In this document: positions 42,231 through 55,637 of the stretch, in pieces
Position numbering within the stretch: position 1 is the first letter of the stretch
How the letters are laid out: each line of letters opens with the position of its first letter
Source: Perna viridis
Lineage: Eukaryota
Assembly (NCBI GenBank): GCA_037379345.1
Contig: CM074521.1
Location: forward strand, 16,702,704-16,766,703
Reading direction: 5' to 3'
Length of the DNA stretch: 64,000 bases
Notes under the pieces: model-generated
Told to the model about the DNA's origin: nothing
Databases searched by the model: none
What the model saw: only the letters and a program-made list of their open reading frames with translations
Position numbers and translations under genes: made by a program

Positions 42231-45139
42231 AAATTATTATAATTATTATAATTATATATGGGAACAACATATAATTATATAAAAATAAGAGATGTGGAAT
42301 GATTACCAATGAGATAGTCTTCCACCAAATGCCCAGCAACGAACAATTAAAATTCTACAGGGCACTTCACGGTCTTCAAAGGTGGGCAAAACCCTTATAA
42401 TAAAGCAAGCTATAAAAGGCCCAAAAATAACTTTGGTAAAACTATTCATAAAAGACGAAATATTGAAGAAACGACATAAAAATATTTTATACATGGCCAT
42501 ATTCTGCCACCGCACTAATCACAATTAGGATAAATTGTTATATATTTTTTTCAGAAAGCAATTCTAGGTCATGTCGCAAAACTGTCAGTCTCTGGACGTG
42601 TAAGGAAAGTAATATTAACCACAAAAAGGAAATATCAGCACAGAATTTGTCACCGTGGGCGTTAATATCCTTTTAGGAAAATGTCATACATGTACCAGTA
42701 TGTAAATTACCATTATATGGCCTTTAACTACATGTATGAAACCCATATTTAATGAAATATCAACCTAAATTATCAGTCAGATGGCGAACGGGAAAGCCGA
42801 CACGACGAAGTAGCAGAGCCATTACTTGACATTTCCTATCAATTTTTGTTTTTATAAGATCTCTATCTTAAAAAGAGCGAAAACGCGTGACAGACGAAAA
42901 CGCAGCATTAAAATCTAGTTGTTCTTTGATCTCATCCTCTTCGCCCGATATTTTAGGAATTGCTTTATGCATTGTTGATCGCGTAATGGAAAGAGCGAGA
43001 TTGTGCTTTGAGATAAAACAGTGGATTTATAAGTTTGATTTATGAAAATGAAATTTACATTAAGGTATAAATGTAAAAATCCTATTAAAATAGAATTAGT
43101 AAGACCGTGTAATCGTGACTTATAGAAAACATGAAACATAAGTAACATTGAGTTAGACGCCAACGTTAGAGTACTCTATCAGCTTAAACGCAATTGTAAT
43201 TATATTATTAGTACAAAATTCAAGGACATGTGAAAAGCAAACTTTTTTACAAAAATACATTCTATCTAAACGCTCACGGCAAAAATTACACTGGACTTCC
43301 TAAGTTTTATTTTTATTAAAGATGGGAAGACCAATTTTATGATAAAGAAGAGAAGAGCAATAGGTCTTTTACAAAGAAAAAAAGATTTGAAGGAAGTGAA
43401 ATAAGAGTAGGAAATTGTTTCAACACCAAGCATGCAGGTTCAACAGATAGATAGAAAGTTATATCAGGAATACTCCCATGGAATTATACAACGAGTCAAA
43501 CGATGCCAAATATGTCTGCTACATGAGTACTCATCTGTTAATACACATAAAAGGAATCAATGCAAAAAGTTTTGCGCAATGACTTTGGGATGTGTACAAC
43601 CATTCAAGCTATTTTCTCTGTTTACAAAAGATATACATGTACTATCATGTACCATCCATATAAATACGTTTCCCAACCATGCAAACTGAATCTACATGCA
43701 TCAACAACGTCAGTTTTAAATAACAATAAGGTATGACGCATATCTAAGAAACTTAACTAAAGTAAAGAGGGGTTATTTACGGAAATATTTCAAGCATGTA
43801 TATAAGACAAAAAAACTAATAATTTTAAGTATCAACTCATTAACTCTAGGACATCGATAATTGTTTGCATTCATGTCGAGTAGTTCCACTACAAAGTACA
43901 AGTAGGTAAGTCAGACAGACCACTTATACATGTTGTAACCATAAAGAGGTTGGTAACAAATTATAAAGATGTCGGATGGTGGGATATTATGTCTTCCTTA
44001 TTAATTCTCAGAGAGTGTCGGAAAGTCCACTTGAAAAGTGATAGAACTTGTGTCCAATGTTTAAAAACAAATCCTTTTATTTTATGTTCTATGCAAAGTG
44101 AAACTGAGTGTTATTATTACATATATATATAAGGATACTATACTTCAAAGGAATTTTACCTAAGAAGGAAGACTTAGAATCGGCTAAGCAGGAAAAATAC
44201 ATTTAAATATGGTATTTTCTAACCTTAACCAGGAAATTGAAGTGCAATCATAAATTGACAACTTTTAACTCATTTTAAGTTTGTTCTACTTAGCATATTC
44301 ATGACCATTGAAAAAGTATAATGCAATAAGCTTGGGTCGGCAAAATTTCATTTTGGCTTGTTCTTTTTTTTTGTTGTTGTTGTACACGTAGCGTGGAATG
44401 TATAGCGATAACATTATGAACAGACGACATAGAACTAGACGCCACCTATTGAGTGCCTCGAAGTGAAAATATAGCAAAAACATTGATACGATCAGTTTTA
44501 TTCGTTCCATTGAATTTCTGACGAACATGTAGGTTTTAATAAACGTTCCCGGGATAATTGTACATCGATAGAGATCTTAAACGTTTTTATGTAAGACTTT
44601 CCGTGGATGACAGTCATACGATACAAGCAAATATTAAAAATCAAAACTTCATTAAAATCTCAACTTAAAAGATGGCCGTTCAGATAGGGATTTAATTACA
44701 AATATTTGTCATTGTATGGTTTGATATATTTTACTTGACGAACGTCGCAGCATTTAAGAATGGCTTTTAATGATAATCCTTAAAGACGAGACGATTTTCT
44801 GTTTTTTTTTATCCAGATTGCAATTTTAAAAAGCCTGTCCCTGAATCAAAGCAGTAATCTTGCCTTGTCAACATTTCTTTTTTTAATTCAGATACGACTC
44901 GAGAAAGTGTACTAAAACCCAACAAAAAAAGTTTTTAGTTTATCATATTTGAATTATATGCATTGAACGAGACGAATTGTAATGTATTAGCATTAATTGC
45001 AACTTTATTTACAAAAAAAAAAAAATTATAGCTACCATATAAAATCAAATATTCAATGTACTAGATAAATGGTTTTTTTTTCTCTAGCGGATTCCGTAGT
45101 TTCAAACTTTAATTATGCGACATGATTCACTGGCTTCTG

Positions 45140-45528
45140 GAACAGGGTTATGTTGCTACAGTTTTATGGTCGTCATCACGAACTCGTGGAACTCTACGGT
45201 GTATCCATCTGCGCCATGAAAACTGATTTGCTTAACGTGTCATAGTTTCCCTTTCCTCTCTCGTCTATCCCGGACTTGACTTTTTATGAGCAACTCGGCG
45301 GGTGTTTCTAGAAATGCAGAGGACGCTTATCCTACCGGTGCACCTGGCCCATGCTCCCAGTTTTTAGTGGAGTCCGAGATGCTCATTTGCTTTTTTTTCT
45401 TTGTATGTATGATTTTAGTTACTTTATGTTCTTTGTTGTGTATGTCTGTTTTCCATGTCTGGTCTTTGTCCCTGGGTTACATTCTTTTGATTACCGCTAT
45501 AACCTTGGTTTCCTTGATTCTTTCACTA
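45140..45528 (+). mobile_element. Penelope-like element 3' fragment (RT C-terminus and 3'UTR)
   Basis: LLEQGYVA.../FYGRHHELVELYGVSICAMKTDLLNVS*, followed by a UTR collinear with 29965-30340 (-). Confidence 0.85.
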
Positions 45529-45829
45529 AAAATTGATATAATTAGAATACAGTTTTTTTTTCTTTTTTTTTTCTTTGTTTGATATATTGCTCATTCGGAA
45601 CACATCTCTTCATTCCATTTTAAAACAATGAATCCCATTTTTGATGATCGATACATATATTCAGCTTATACCCATTACAGTAGTTCACATTTCCGATGAT
45701 CAATAAATGTATTTTTCTCAGTCCTTTATATTGGTTAGATGATCGATAAATACATTCTGCTCTTTATCAATAATTTTCGTTCATACTTTGGATGATCGAT
45801 ACAAATGAAAAATCTTCTAAATTCGTTTT

Positions 45830-46470
45830 GCACGAACAGTGTGGGTCCACTAGTCTAGATACTTACATGTATCTGGTGCTTTGTCAACAGTTTTTCCATG
45901 TACGATACGGGTCCACTCGCTATCTACACGATGCTGTGTCAAAATCTTTGTATGTACAATGCAGGTCCATGTACTCGATATATCTCAAGTGCTGTGTCAA
46001 AAGTTTTGCACATATACATTTTTGTGCAATACGGATCCACTAGATACCTATCCGGCGCACAGGTCATTATAGTTTTGCAAGTGCAAAGTGGGCCTTCTCG
46101 ATATCTATCAGGTAGTTGTCAATATTGTGGGTCCACTCTATATATCTGCTGCGGTGTAAATGCTTTGTACGCGTAATTCAGGTCCACTCGATACCAATTT
46201 GGTGCGTTGTCAACACGTGGTTGTCAATGCTTTGTACGTACAATTCTTGTCCACTCGAGATCAATACGGTGTTGTGTCAACATTGTTTTGTGCGTATAAT
46301 GCGGGTACATTCGATACAAATCCGGTGTTGTGTCATGCAACATTGTTTTGCTACACACAATGTAGATCAATTGGACGTCTATATACGGTGCTGTGTCAAT
46401 GTTTTGTACGTACAATGCGGGTCAACTCAATATATAAGCGCTGCTTTTCCATTGATCGTGTTGTACGTAT
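45830..46470. repeat. Degenerate ~55-65-bp tandem repeat
   Basis: gtacaatgcgggtccactcgata...gtgctgtgtcaa recurs about 10 times. It explains the cluster of overlapping ORFs here. Confidence 0.8.
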
Positions 46471-46474
46471 GTTA

Positions 46475-46790
46475 CACTCTTAACCCGAAAATCAAGTCGT
46501 AAAATCGAAATATTTTTACTCTTAAGACAAATCATAGCCCCATGATGGGCTAACTCCACTACAATCTTAAAACATACATTGTTCATTTATCCTTGTAATT
46601 AACTAAGATGTTGAAATAAATCTTTTTTTCCGTTGGAAAAAGCATGCATTTTTACATTTTGTGTATTCACCATGTATTTTTTATACATGCATGTAGTTAT
46701 CGGTGTAAAAACTATCGTGAACACTGATATTTTTGGCGAAAAAAAAATCGATAATAACATATTGATTACTTCACGTTCGGGGTTAAGATG
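46475..46790. mobile_element. Possible MITE
   Basis: cactcttaacccgaa at the left and ttcggggttaagatg at the right are imperfect inverted repeats. Another end copy lies near 47777-47791. Confidence 0.4.
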
Positions 46791-49516
46791 CATACAGGGC
46801 GGAACGCAACCGGCTTTTATGAGAAATAAATACATAACCAGAGCATACAAGCTTGAATTATACATGAGGCTACCATTCAATTAAGAGAATAACCCTGAAA
46901 ACTTACATGTCGTTATTACAGACATTTTGTGCTTTTTTTGAATTCACATCAGTTGTAAAATCTAACAGAGACAGTATCATTACCGGCATAAGTTTATTTT
47001 CTAAATTTATGGCCGCTTTTTGTCCCACTCCTACTTATAAAAGTAATCAGTTGCATTTACGTGTATTTGGCCAAGTTATATTATTAAAATAAATGGATTC
47101 TTTCTGGTACTTTGAATGCATTCTTGTATGTATCCAAAAAATACGGGGAAACTTTATGTTTTATAGAGTAATACCCCGGACTACTGTCAGTATGGCTGAC
47201 TTTTTCTGAATGTGTTGATGAGATCGACTTTAAGCTGGTTTATTTTGTATACTGGCGATTAAGTAGTGGTTTCCGGGAGAGGGTTCTGGATGGGAAAACC
47301 CTTCTGTTGCAATTGGACAATTTAAAATTTCATGCAAACTAATAATAATGCAAAGAATAATGAACAAACCATCCCCATTTTATAAACTTTCCTCTTTCTT
47401 TAATTTCGACTGGATGCGCCCTGCGATTGTTTGTAATTACACATTCGTCTGTCTGATGATTTTGAACAAGGTCATAATCATTAGAAAATGACTGAACTAT
47501 ATTTTTGTTTTACTGCTAGTAGATTTTAAAAAATCACGCGCTAAGGTTGACAACTCTTAATAGAGCCTGATTTCTGGTTAGTTTAATTTCTCTGAGCATC
47601 TAACAGACAAAAAGATATGAAATAATCGTTCAAACGATCAAAAAGAGAGGGAACTGAGGAAAATATCGTGCATTAAATTCTTATAACAATGAAATAATTT
47701 GATCATTAAAAATAAAACAAAAATAGAAGATATGCATTCATTATTCAACTACTGCAATATTCGACATCATAAGCTCTCGGGGTTAAGGTGCAACGTAAGC
47801 TAAACTAATTATACATGTATTCCGAACGTTCTGTATCCATGCAGGCTATATCGATAGTCATGGCCTGGATCGACAATTTATATCGTATGCCATATGGAGA
47901 GTTTTTTTTTAAGAGAATATCACAGTATTTAATTAATAAACCACATTATTAACCAATGTCTTAAAATAAAATAGAAATGGACCATTTAATATGCTAGCAT
48001 TTTTTTTATTTTGAATTTCAACTTTATACAGAACCATTACGGATTAATACAGGGCAAGTGTATTAATTTGTATGTTTAAAGTTCAATGTCCGTAAATTGG
48101 ATAAAGGTGTCATTTAATGTGTTTTTCATGTGAAGCCTATATTAGGTCCTCGAACAGTCGTATTTGGCATCGGTCAAGTGTATAGGCCCTCGGCATTGCC
48201 TCGTGCCTTTACAGGTAACGTCGACCCAATACGACGGCATCTAACATAATGCTGGCTTTATATTAGAATACCCATTTAATTACACTGTAGTGGTACACTG
48301 GGGGATTGTGAGTCTCGTTCTCAATTTATTTTTGACCCAGAATTTCTATTGTTGAAAATATTCAAAGCCTATATTTAAATTTAGTTAGCTACTTCCGGGT
48401 ACATCAATATGATGCCTAGATGTCAGAATTTTCTATTGTGGATTATAATTAAATTTAATTATAGTCATAAATGTATGGTTCATCGTATTTTGGCATATTT
48501 TATGAGGTCTTCATTGTTATTAAAAAATACTTCATGTGCCTTTGAATAGGGGTTAGTTACCCATTCTCGTGAATTCGCAGGATCGCATGACGAGAATGCC
48601 CAATTCAGAGAAATTATCCTTTTGTTGAATCCAAAGAAAAAATATCAAAAGATTACGGCAAAATTATGAAAGACTTTCCGAATATGCAAATGAACAAAAG
48701 AGACCCACTTTCAATACCCCTGTGGATTTGATAGCGTTCTTCCTGGACCACAATTAACCCAATCCCGCTTAAATCTGTTATTTTTTAAACCGCTGTCCCT
48801 GCTTTAATCTGAGCATTTTTTTTGCGCGATCTCTCCGCTTCAATTGCTGCTGATTTCTCAGATCTGATCGACCAAAACATTTTTCATTTTAATGTAATAG
48901 CTTATTTCTTTTCTAGCATGACAAATACGGTAATTGTTGTGAAAAATTCCCTAGGCGTAGCCAAAATAACGGCTGTTCCGTTTAACCCCCCCTATGAAAG
49001 TTGGATTAAATTTGTATATTTATGTCATCGTAAGACTTAGTGTTGAATGTGTGTATTTTTATAATTGATTTCAATTAGAAAGCCTCTCAGCCGTTAAATC
49101 GTCACGTAAAGGTTTTTAAATGAGTGTTTTGTCTCGAAGCGACAGCGAAAGAAAAGAGACAGTGCGCAGGTACTAAAGGTGAGGTTGTACCGACATATAT
49201 GAAGACGTCATATTAGAATAATACATAAAACTATCATTACGTTGTGATTTCTTCACTGGCCTTGTTGGACCTCGGCTGTGCCCAGGCCAATACAGCAAGC
49301 TTCGGAGCGATAATTTTACAATTACAGAAATCAACACGGAATGATACCATAGTAGAAAAATAAAACACAAGGCGGTTTTTACCCTGTTATAAAAATGGGC
49401 CTAATGACTTTGAACTTGAACTCAAAATCAGCGACTACTAAATTTTCTCCAGATCAAGACTGCACCAGAAATCTTCGTACCTTAGGCTTAGTAGAGACGA
49501 GAGAATTCAACAATGA

Positions 49517-49522
49517 TTTATT
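49517..49522 (-). terminator. Candidate polyA signal of the ASB-like gene
   Basis: AATAAA on the - strand a few nt after the stop codon. Confidence 0.25.
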
Positions 49523-49530
49523 AATATGTT

Positions 49531-50543
49531 TCAATTAAGCGGTGCAGCACTAGGAAAGACGGTCAGAACGTCGGAGGAAAAATACTTGTCGATAATGTCG
49601 TGGTACATCAAGATATCGACCATTCGATGTGCGTAACCCTGATCCCGGACCACGTTAACAAACAGTTGGTAATTAACACCAAATTGACATCGTAGTCGCC
49701 GTCGACAGATTTCAGTCAGTGAAAGTGGATCGTGTGACAATTGATGGTATTTGTCCAAAATATCCTGCGATACATTACCGGAATTCAACAATTGCTGGTC
49801 TTCGTCACACAAAGATTCACAGGTCTCTAGAAAAAGATATATCAGATCCCTAAAGCAGGGTCTGATGTTCGTCGCAATAACGTTAGAACTGCGTTCTATC
49901 ATAAATCGTAAGAGTGACGTGTTTCCTGCTGGCACGCTTTTAAGAGCATTATAAGACAATAAAACAAAGAATACATTAGCTCTAACATTGACCTCTGTAA
50001 GTCTGTACAAAAATCTCTCATCTTTAAGTGGTTCGGCGCCATTTAAAAGCAACAGTCCCATAATGTCATAACGCCCAATTTTCAATGCAACATAAAACGG
50101 CGTTTCGTCGATCATCACAAGTCCTTTATCTGCCATGTTTGATGCAGAACGGGTATAATCAGCGTGCCTTTTATTTACGTCGTGGCCTTTTGCAATAAGA
50201 CATGCTACATTTTCTACAAGGTGGTTATTCTCCATCAGAAGAACGGAACTGATCGCAGACCAACCGCAATGTTTTGTTCCATGTGACAAAAAACCACCTA
50301 TCTTCCGTAGAACTTCGGTAATTTCCATTAGATTAAGCTCATTTGCCCATCCAAGCATAGAATATCCTCTGTACCGAAGTTCACATAGATCAGTGATACT
50401 TCCAGCCAGTGTAGCGACGATAGTTGTATTATGATCCATTAGTGATTCAACGAAAACGGTCTGGAGTCGCTTCGTGAGAATATCTTTGTCCCAATTCATT
50501 TGAATACATAATCTCATAATGATGTTTAGTAGAGAGCTATCGC
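49531..50543 (-). CDS. Ankyrin-repeat/SOCS-box protein, last exon
   Basis: Acceptor tattttgtag|GC; the junction reads LDDAIKSG-DSSLLNII (ankyrin-like). Contains ETPFYVALKIGRYDIMGLLLLNGAEP (ankyrin) and a C-terminal PLSLTEICRRRLR (SOCS-box BC-box). Matches the 341-aa ORF in the track. Confidence 0.88.
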
Positions 50544-51912
50544 CTACAAAATACACGAATTTGAGCAGTTATTAAACAAGAATGAGAGAATTTCTATTCC
50601 TGTGGTTAATGGGAGACAATCCTCGTACATTTTATTGAACAAACAATGTGTGAATAGTGATGAATACGAAGGCTACGTGTATGTACATTTTTCTGATGAA
50701 TTACAATTAGCGCGAAGGAGAAAGACGATGAGTTTCATAAACGGCATCGAAAACTATACAAGTATTTATGTTTAAATGTAACTAAGAAAGGGTAAACATT
50801 CAGTCGAAATCGTCGTATCTCTAGCGGAAAATACCATAAAATAACTGATAAACAAGTGTAACAGTAAAAGTAGAGATGAAAACAAGTATACTTAAAATAC
50901 AATAACTAACCTAATATGGGGGGGGGGTTGAAATGCTCACATTTTTACTCGGAAGTCACGTAAGTGACTTCGAGTATTGTAAGTATAAGAATGACAAAAG
51001 GGCTTCCGGCAGATAACTTCACAGACGGAAATGCTGTCTTCAAATTAATGCATGATTCTCTTTTCAACTTTAAATATTTCAGCGATATCCCAAATGAATG
51101 ATATTTCAAACATTTTTAAGTGTTAATTTTCAGCTAAACACTGTCGAACTGGTAAATCGAGACGCCGAACTATTTTTGCCGCTTGGCCGCGTAGTAGTTT
51201 CACAGAAGATAGTTAAAAGCTATCCTGGTGCCCAGGACTACTGAATATTGCGATCGGGAACCAGTCTAGTTAAAAGCCAATACAATTTAATTGGAGTTAT
51301 CTCTCTTTGGGTGGTGTTGGATTTTAACTATGCCCCGTGGATGGTATAATCAAAATCAGTTTATCAAGAAGTGTCACATTCAACATCATTAGCTGCCTTT
51401 TTTCAAGTTTAAGGTCTCAAGAACGTAAACAAATGCAATAATCTTATTTTCACGAAATTTGTGTACATCTTTGTTTTGTTTTGCTGCAGGTTGCAAAGGA
51501 AATATGGGTTCAACATCAAAACAGTCTCAAACGTTAGTCCATGTCATGACCGGCACTCTAGCACATTGCTTAAAAATAATCATCGTGAACCTATCTTGCA
51601 GGTTGCACGCCAAGCGACTTCCGAGTTTCAGCACCTTCGGTGCTTTGATTTACTATAAATATAACATACCATGCATTATAATGTAAACGTATTTATTTTC
51701 GCGCTGTACTAATTTTCACTATTTTCGCGGTGGACTGAAATGCGCAAAAAAATAACACTACCAAAATTATTGTTAAACACTATGAAAAACTTATTTTTTA
51801 AACCGCGAATATGTGCATTTGACATAATCGGGGAAAATTAGCAACCGCGAAAATTAATACGTCTACAGTATATCTTTTATGGCAGGAGTTCTACTCCTGA
51901 ATTCTTTCTTAC

Positions 51913-52641
51913 CTGACTTAATGGCGTCGTCTAATATTTCGGAGAGCTCATCGTAAGAGATATCTGGATTACCAAACTCTCTACAAATATATCTTAAACA
52001 CTTGTGAGACCTGCTTTTGTAAGCTAGTCTTAAGCATTTTTTCAATTTTTCCTTATCACAATATTCAAGTTCGAACCTTTTCGACAGCGTTTCAAAAACA
52101 TCGAAGTTACAAGTTTGTATAGCTTTTTGGAGGTCTTCGAAAGATATGAAATATAAAATAGCTTCTTTTTCAGTCCTTTCTATGAATTTCATGACTTCAG
52201 ATATGATCGGTCCGCTCCGGTGGGCCAAAGCTAAATATAAAATTGATAATCGACATTTTAAAGTGAACCATATTGAGGAAAACATTTCATTATCCAAACA
52301 AAAAGGAAGGAGATATTTTACGATTTTGGTTTTTTCCAATATTACTGCCAAATGAAGCAAATAAATTCCACTGCAATCGTTCTCCAGATACTGTTCCGTA
52401 AAATTCCCAGAATTAACACCAGATACGTAGGAAACATCATCATTCATGTGTTTGTTCATTCCACTCTCCCTGAAGTGCTCACAATGTCCATCCTTAATGT
52501 ACTTAGCAAGTCTTCTAACCAAACCAATAACACAGTAAATTGATAAATTGTTGTTTTCAGGAACACAGGACTCCAATTCGACTGCACACTTGCACGTGAC
52601 CGGAAGACCTGCCACCATTACTGATGTGTCTATGAAGAATC
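51913..52641 (-). CDS. Ankyrin-repeat/SOCS-box protein, large internal exon
   Basis: Acceptor aaattttag|GA and donor TCAG|GTAAG; 729 nt, phase 1-1. Overlaps the 251-aa ORF. Ankyrin-like units GIYLLHLAVILEKTKIVKYLL and LSILYLALAHRSGPIISEVM. Confidence 0.85.
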
Positions 52642-52874
52642 CTAAAATTTGGAATATATAAAATAAAAGTTTTGTTGCCTATTGTTAATTATAAACGGCT
52701 ATAATGCGATAACGATAAAAGTATAAGAGTTATAATTATAGTTATAAACTGACCTGTTTATCAAACACATAGAGCCGGGTTTCTGTCTACTACATTTAAC
52801 ATAAGCATATAACAGACTAACCAGTCATAATTTGTTAGGTTCCGAGCCTAACAATTGTCACTCTCACAGCTAAA

Positions 52875-54775
52875 TCCATTGGGGATCCGGGCTTAAGATC
52901 AATAACAACTGGTACTTTTCGATTTGGGACCTGGGGCTTGAGAACCCCAAACATTGGAACTACTTTATTGGGGACCCGAGGCTTGGAAACCTAACCATTG
53001 GTATTGGATTGACGACCTGTGGCATTGAACCCTAACCGTTAGTTTTTCTTGATAATTGATCTGAGGCTCGGAACCCTAACCATTGGTACTATTCGATTGG
53101 GGGCCAGAAGATTGGAACCCTTACTATTGTTCATCAGAAGCTATGAACATAAAACATCGGTATTACTCGATTGGAGACTCGATACTTGATACTCAAACCA
53201 TTAGCGACCTGTGGCATGAAACCCTAACCACTTGTACCAATCGATATGGGACCTTAGGCTTGGAACCCTAACCATTTGAACTACTTGATTTTGGGCTTTA
53301 GGCTTGGGACCCCAAACCATTGGTACTACTCGTTTAGAGACTCGAAAATTGGATTACCTACAAATTGGTACTACGTGGTCTTGCTTGGGTACCCGAGACT
53401 AATAATCGCTAACCATTGATAAATTCCGACTAGGGACCCGAGAATTCGTTGGAACCCTCAATTTGGAAATACTTAATTGGAGACATTAGATTTGGAACGC
53501 TAACAATCGCTACTACAATGTACTATATTCGGGACACAAGGCTTGGAACCCTTATCACTGGTACGTTTCGACTGAGGTCCCGACGCTTGGAACCCTAACC
53601 ACAGGTACACTTCGACTGAAGATCCGACGCTTGGAACCCTAACCATTGGAACACTTCGACTGAGGACCAGAGGCTTAGAACCCTAACCATTGGTACATTT
53701 CGACTGAGGACCCGAGGCTTGGAATCCTAACCATCGGTGCATTTCGACTGAGGACCAGAGGCTTGGAACCCTAACCATTGGTACATTTCGACTGAGGACC
53801 CGAGGCTTGGAATCCTAACCATCGGTGCATTTCGACTGAGGACCAGAGGCTTGGAACCCTAACCATTTGTACATTTCGACTGAGGATCCGACGCCTGGAA
53901 CCCTAACCGTTGGTACATTTCGACTGATGACCCGAGGCTTGGAACCCTAACCATTTGTACATTTCGACTGAGGATCCGTCGCTTGGAACCCTAACCGTTG
54001 GTACATTTCGACTGATGACCCGAGGCTTGGAGCCCTAACCATTGGTACATTTCGACTGAGGATCCGACGCTTGGAACCCTAACCGTTGGTACATTTCGAC
54101 TGATGACCCGAGCCTTGGAACTCTAACCATTGGTACATTTCGACTGAGGAACCGAGACTTGAAAACCTAACCATCGGTACATTTCGACTGAGGACCCGAG
54201 GCTTGGAAGTCTAACCATTGAAACATTTCAACTGAGGACCAGCGGCTTGGAACGCTGACTAATGGTACATTACGAGTCGGAATCCGACGCTTGGAACCCT
54301 AACCAACGGTATATTTCGATTTTGGAACCAGGACATAGAATCCTAGCCATTGGTACATTTCGATTGGTATCCGAGGCTTGGAACTCTAACCATTGGAACA
54401 TTTGAACTGAGTACCAGAAGTTTGGAACGCTAACCATTAGTATCATTTGATATGAGACCCGAGGCTTAGAACCTTACCCACTGGAACTGGACCTATGGCA
54501 TTGACCCTAACCACAAAACATTCGATTTGGGACCCGAGGCTTCGGATCCCTAATAGAAATATATACTTAATTATTAGGAGACCCAAGACTTGGGAACCCC
54601 AAAGCATTGGTTTAACTCTTTTGGTGACCCGACACTTTGAATCCATTACATTTGTACCTATCAACTGGCGACCTGAGGCTTGGGATCCTAAACCATTGCA
54701 TAGTTGAAATCGATTGGAAACCTGTTGCTTGGGATCTTAAACCAGTGGTGCTACTCAATTGGCGACCCAGGGCTA
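52875..54775. repeat. 44-bp minisatellite, ~40 copies, in an intron of the ASB-like gene
   Basis: Unit CGACTGAGGACCCGAGGCTTGGAACCCTAACCATTGGTACATTT with period 44 (53701, 53745...). Homogeneous core ~53570-54300 and decayed flanks. Confidence 0.95.
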
Positions 54776-55330
54776 TGGGTTTGTAAATACCCTCCCAAGT
54801 ATATGTAAGTGTAGAAAAGATGGTGATTTACTTTAAATTTTCGTGGATTTTTTTGTTTTGAAAATCCTGCAAACCGTGGGATTTTCACGGAAGTTTTTTT
54901 TAAATATTTTCGCAAGTAAGAGCTGTAAGATGAAAATTCAACTGTTGAGATTATTTTAGATGGAAAAACATTATACTATAACCTGGAAAAGATCGCAAAT
55001 GTTAAAGTGCGCGGGAGTGGATTGAACACAGAAACCACGAAAATAAAAGATGGTGCAGAACAATACAATTCAGTATGTAAGTTGATAAATATATTAAGTA
55101 TAGCTGGTAATTTTCGTTGGTGTTCTGATTTTGGCGTATTTAAGTGGTCTTTCTAAAAACGCATAACTAAATTCTGCTAAATATTTACTCTGGGCTAGAG
55201 TATTTAGTGTGATACCTTTGCATCCGCCCAAAGTACAATCTGCATTTTTCCGAATACATTCATTTTGCCTAAAAATCGCCAAATTTTACACCTGCCAAAT
55301 TAACCCACTAACACTCTAATTGTTACTCAC

Positions 55331-55453
55331 TAAAGCTCAGTGGCTGTAAAATAATCGATGGGTTGTTCTTTAGGTAGTCTATTACTACACTCTGTGACTG
55401 GTTGTGCATCATGTCAATGAAGTTATACATATCTTCTCTACTGTAATTTACAT
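55331..55453 (-). CDS. Ankyrin-repeat/SOCS-box protein, internal exon
   Basis: Strong acceptor tttttttttcacag and donor gtgagt. 123 nt, phase 1-1, open frame VNYSREDMYNFIDMMHNQSQSVVIDYLKNNPSIILQPLSF. Confidence 0.75.
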
Positions 55454-55637
55454 CTGTGAAAAAAAAATACCAATTTGAGAGTCCGACATGGAAAATGGTC
55501 AGTTAGGAGTAAAACCAAGGAAAGAACATGACCCGACACATGGAAGAATGTAATGTATTTTTATAGTATCAAGAAGGACGAAAAAAGTTCAAGAAATAGT
55601 ATCATCAAATGCACATCGTGACATGTACCATACTTAC

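Noticed and set aside
45792-46502. Overlapping Cys-rich ORFs
   Set aside because: Produced by a degenerate tandem repeat that is open in several frames.
51459-51686. Extra exon of the ASB-like gene, or + strand ORFs
   Set aside because: The - strand frames downstream of the plausible acceptor hit stops, and exons 52641-51913 and 50543-49531 already join in frame into an ankyrin-like repeat.
52875-54775. CRISPR array or hammerhead/retrozyme array (CTGATGA occurs in some units)
   Set aside because: The units are head-to-tail with no unique spacers and there are no cas genes. CTGATGA and CGAAA lie on opposite strands, so no hammerhead core forms.
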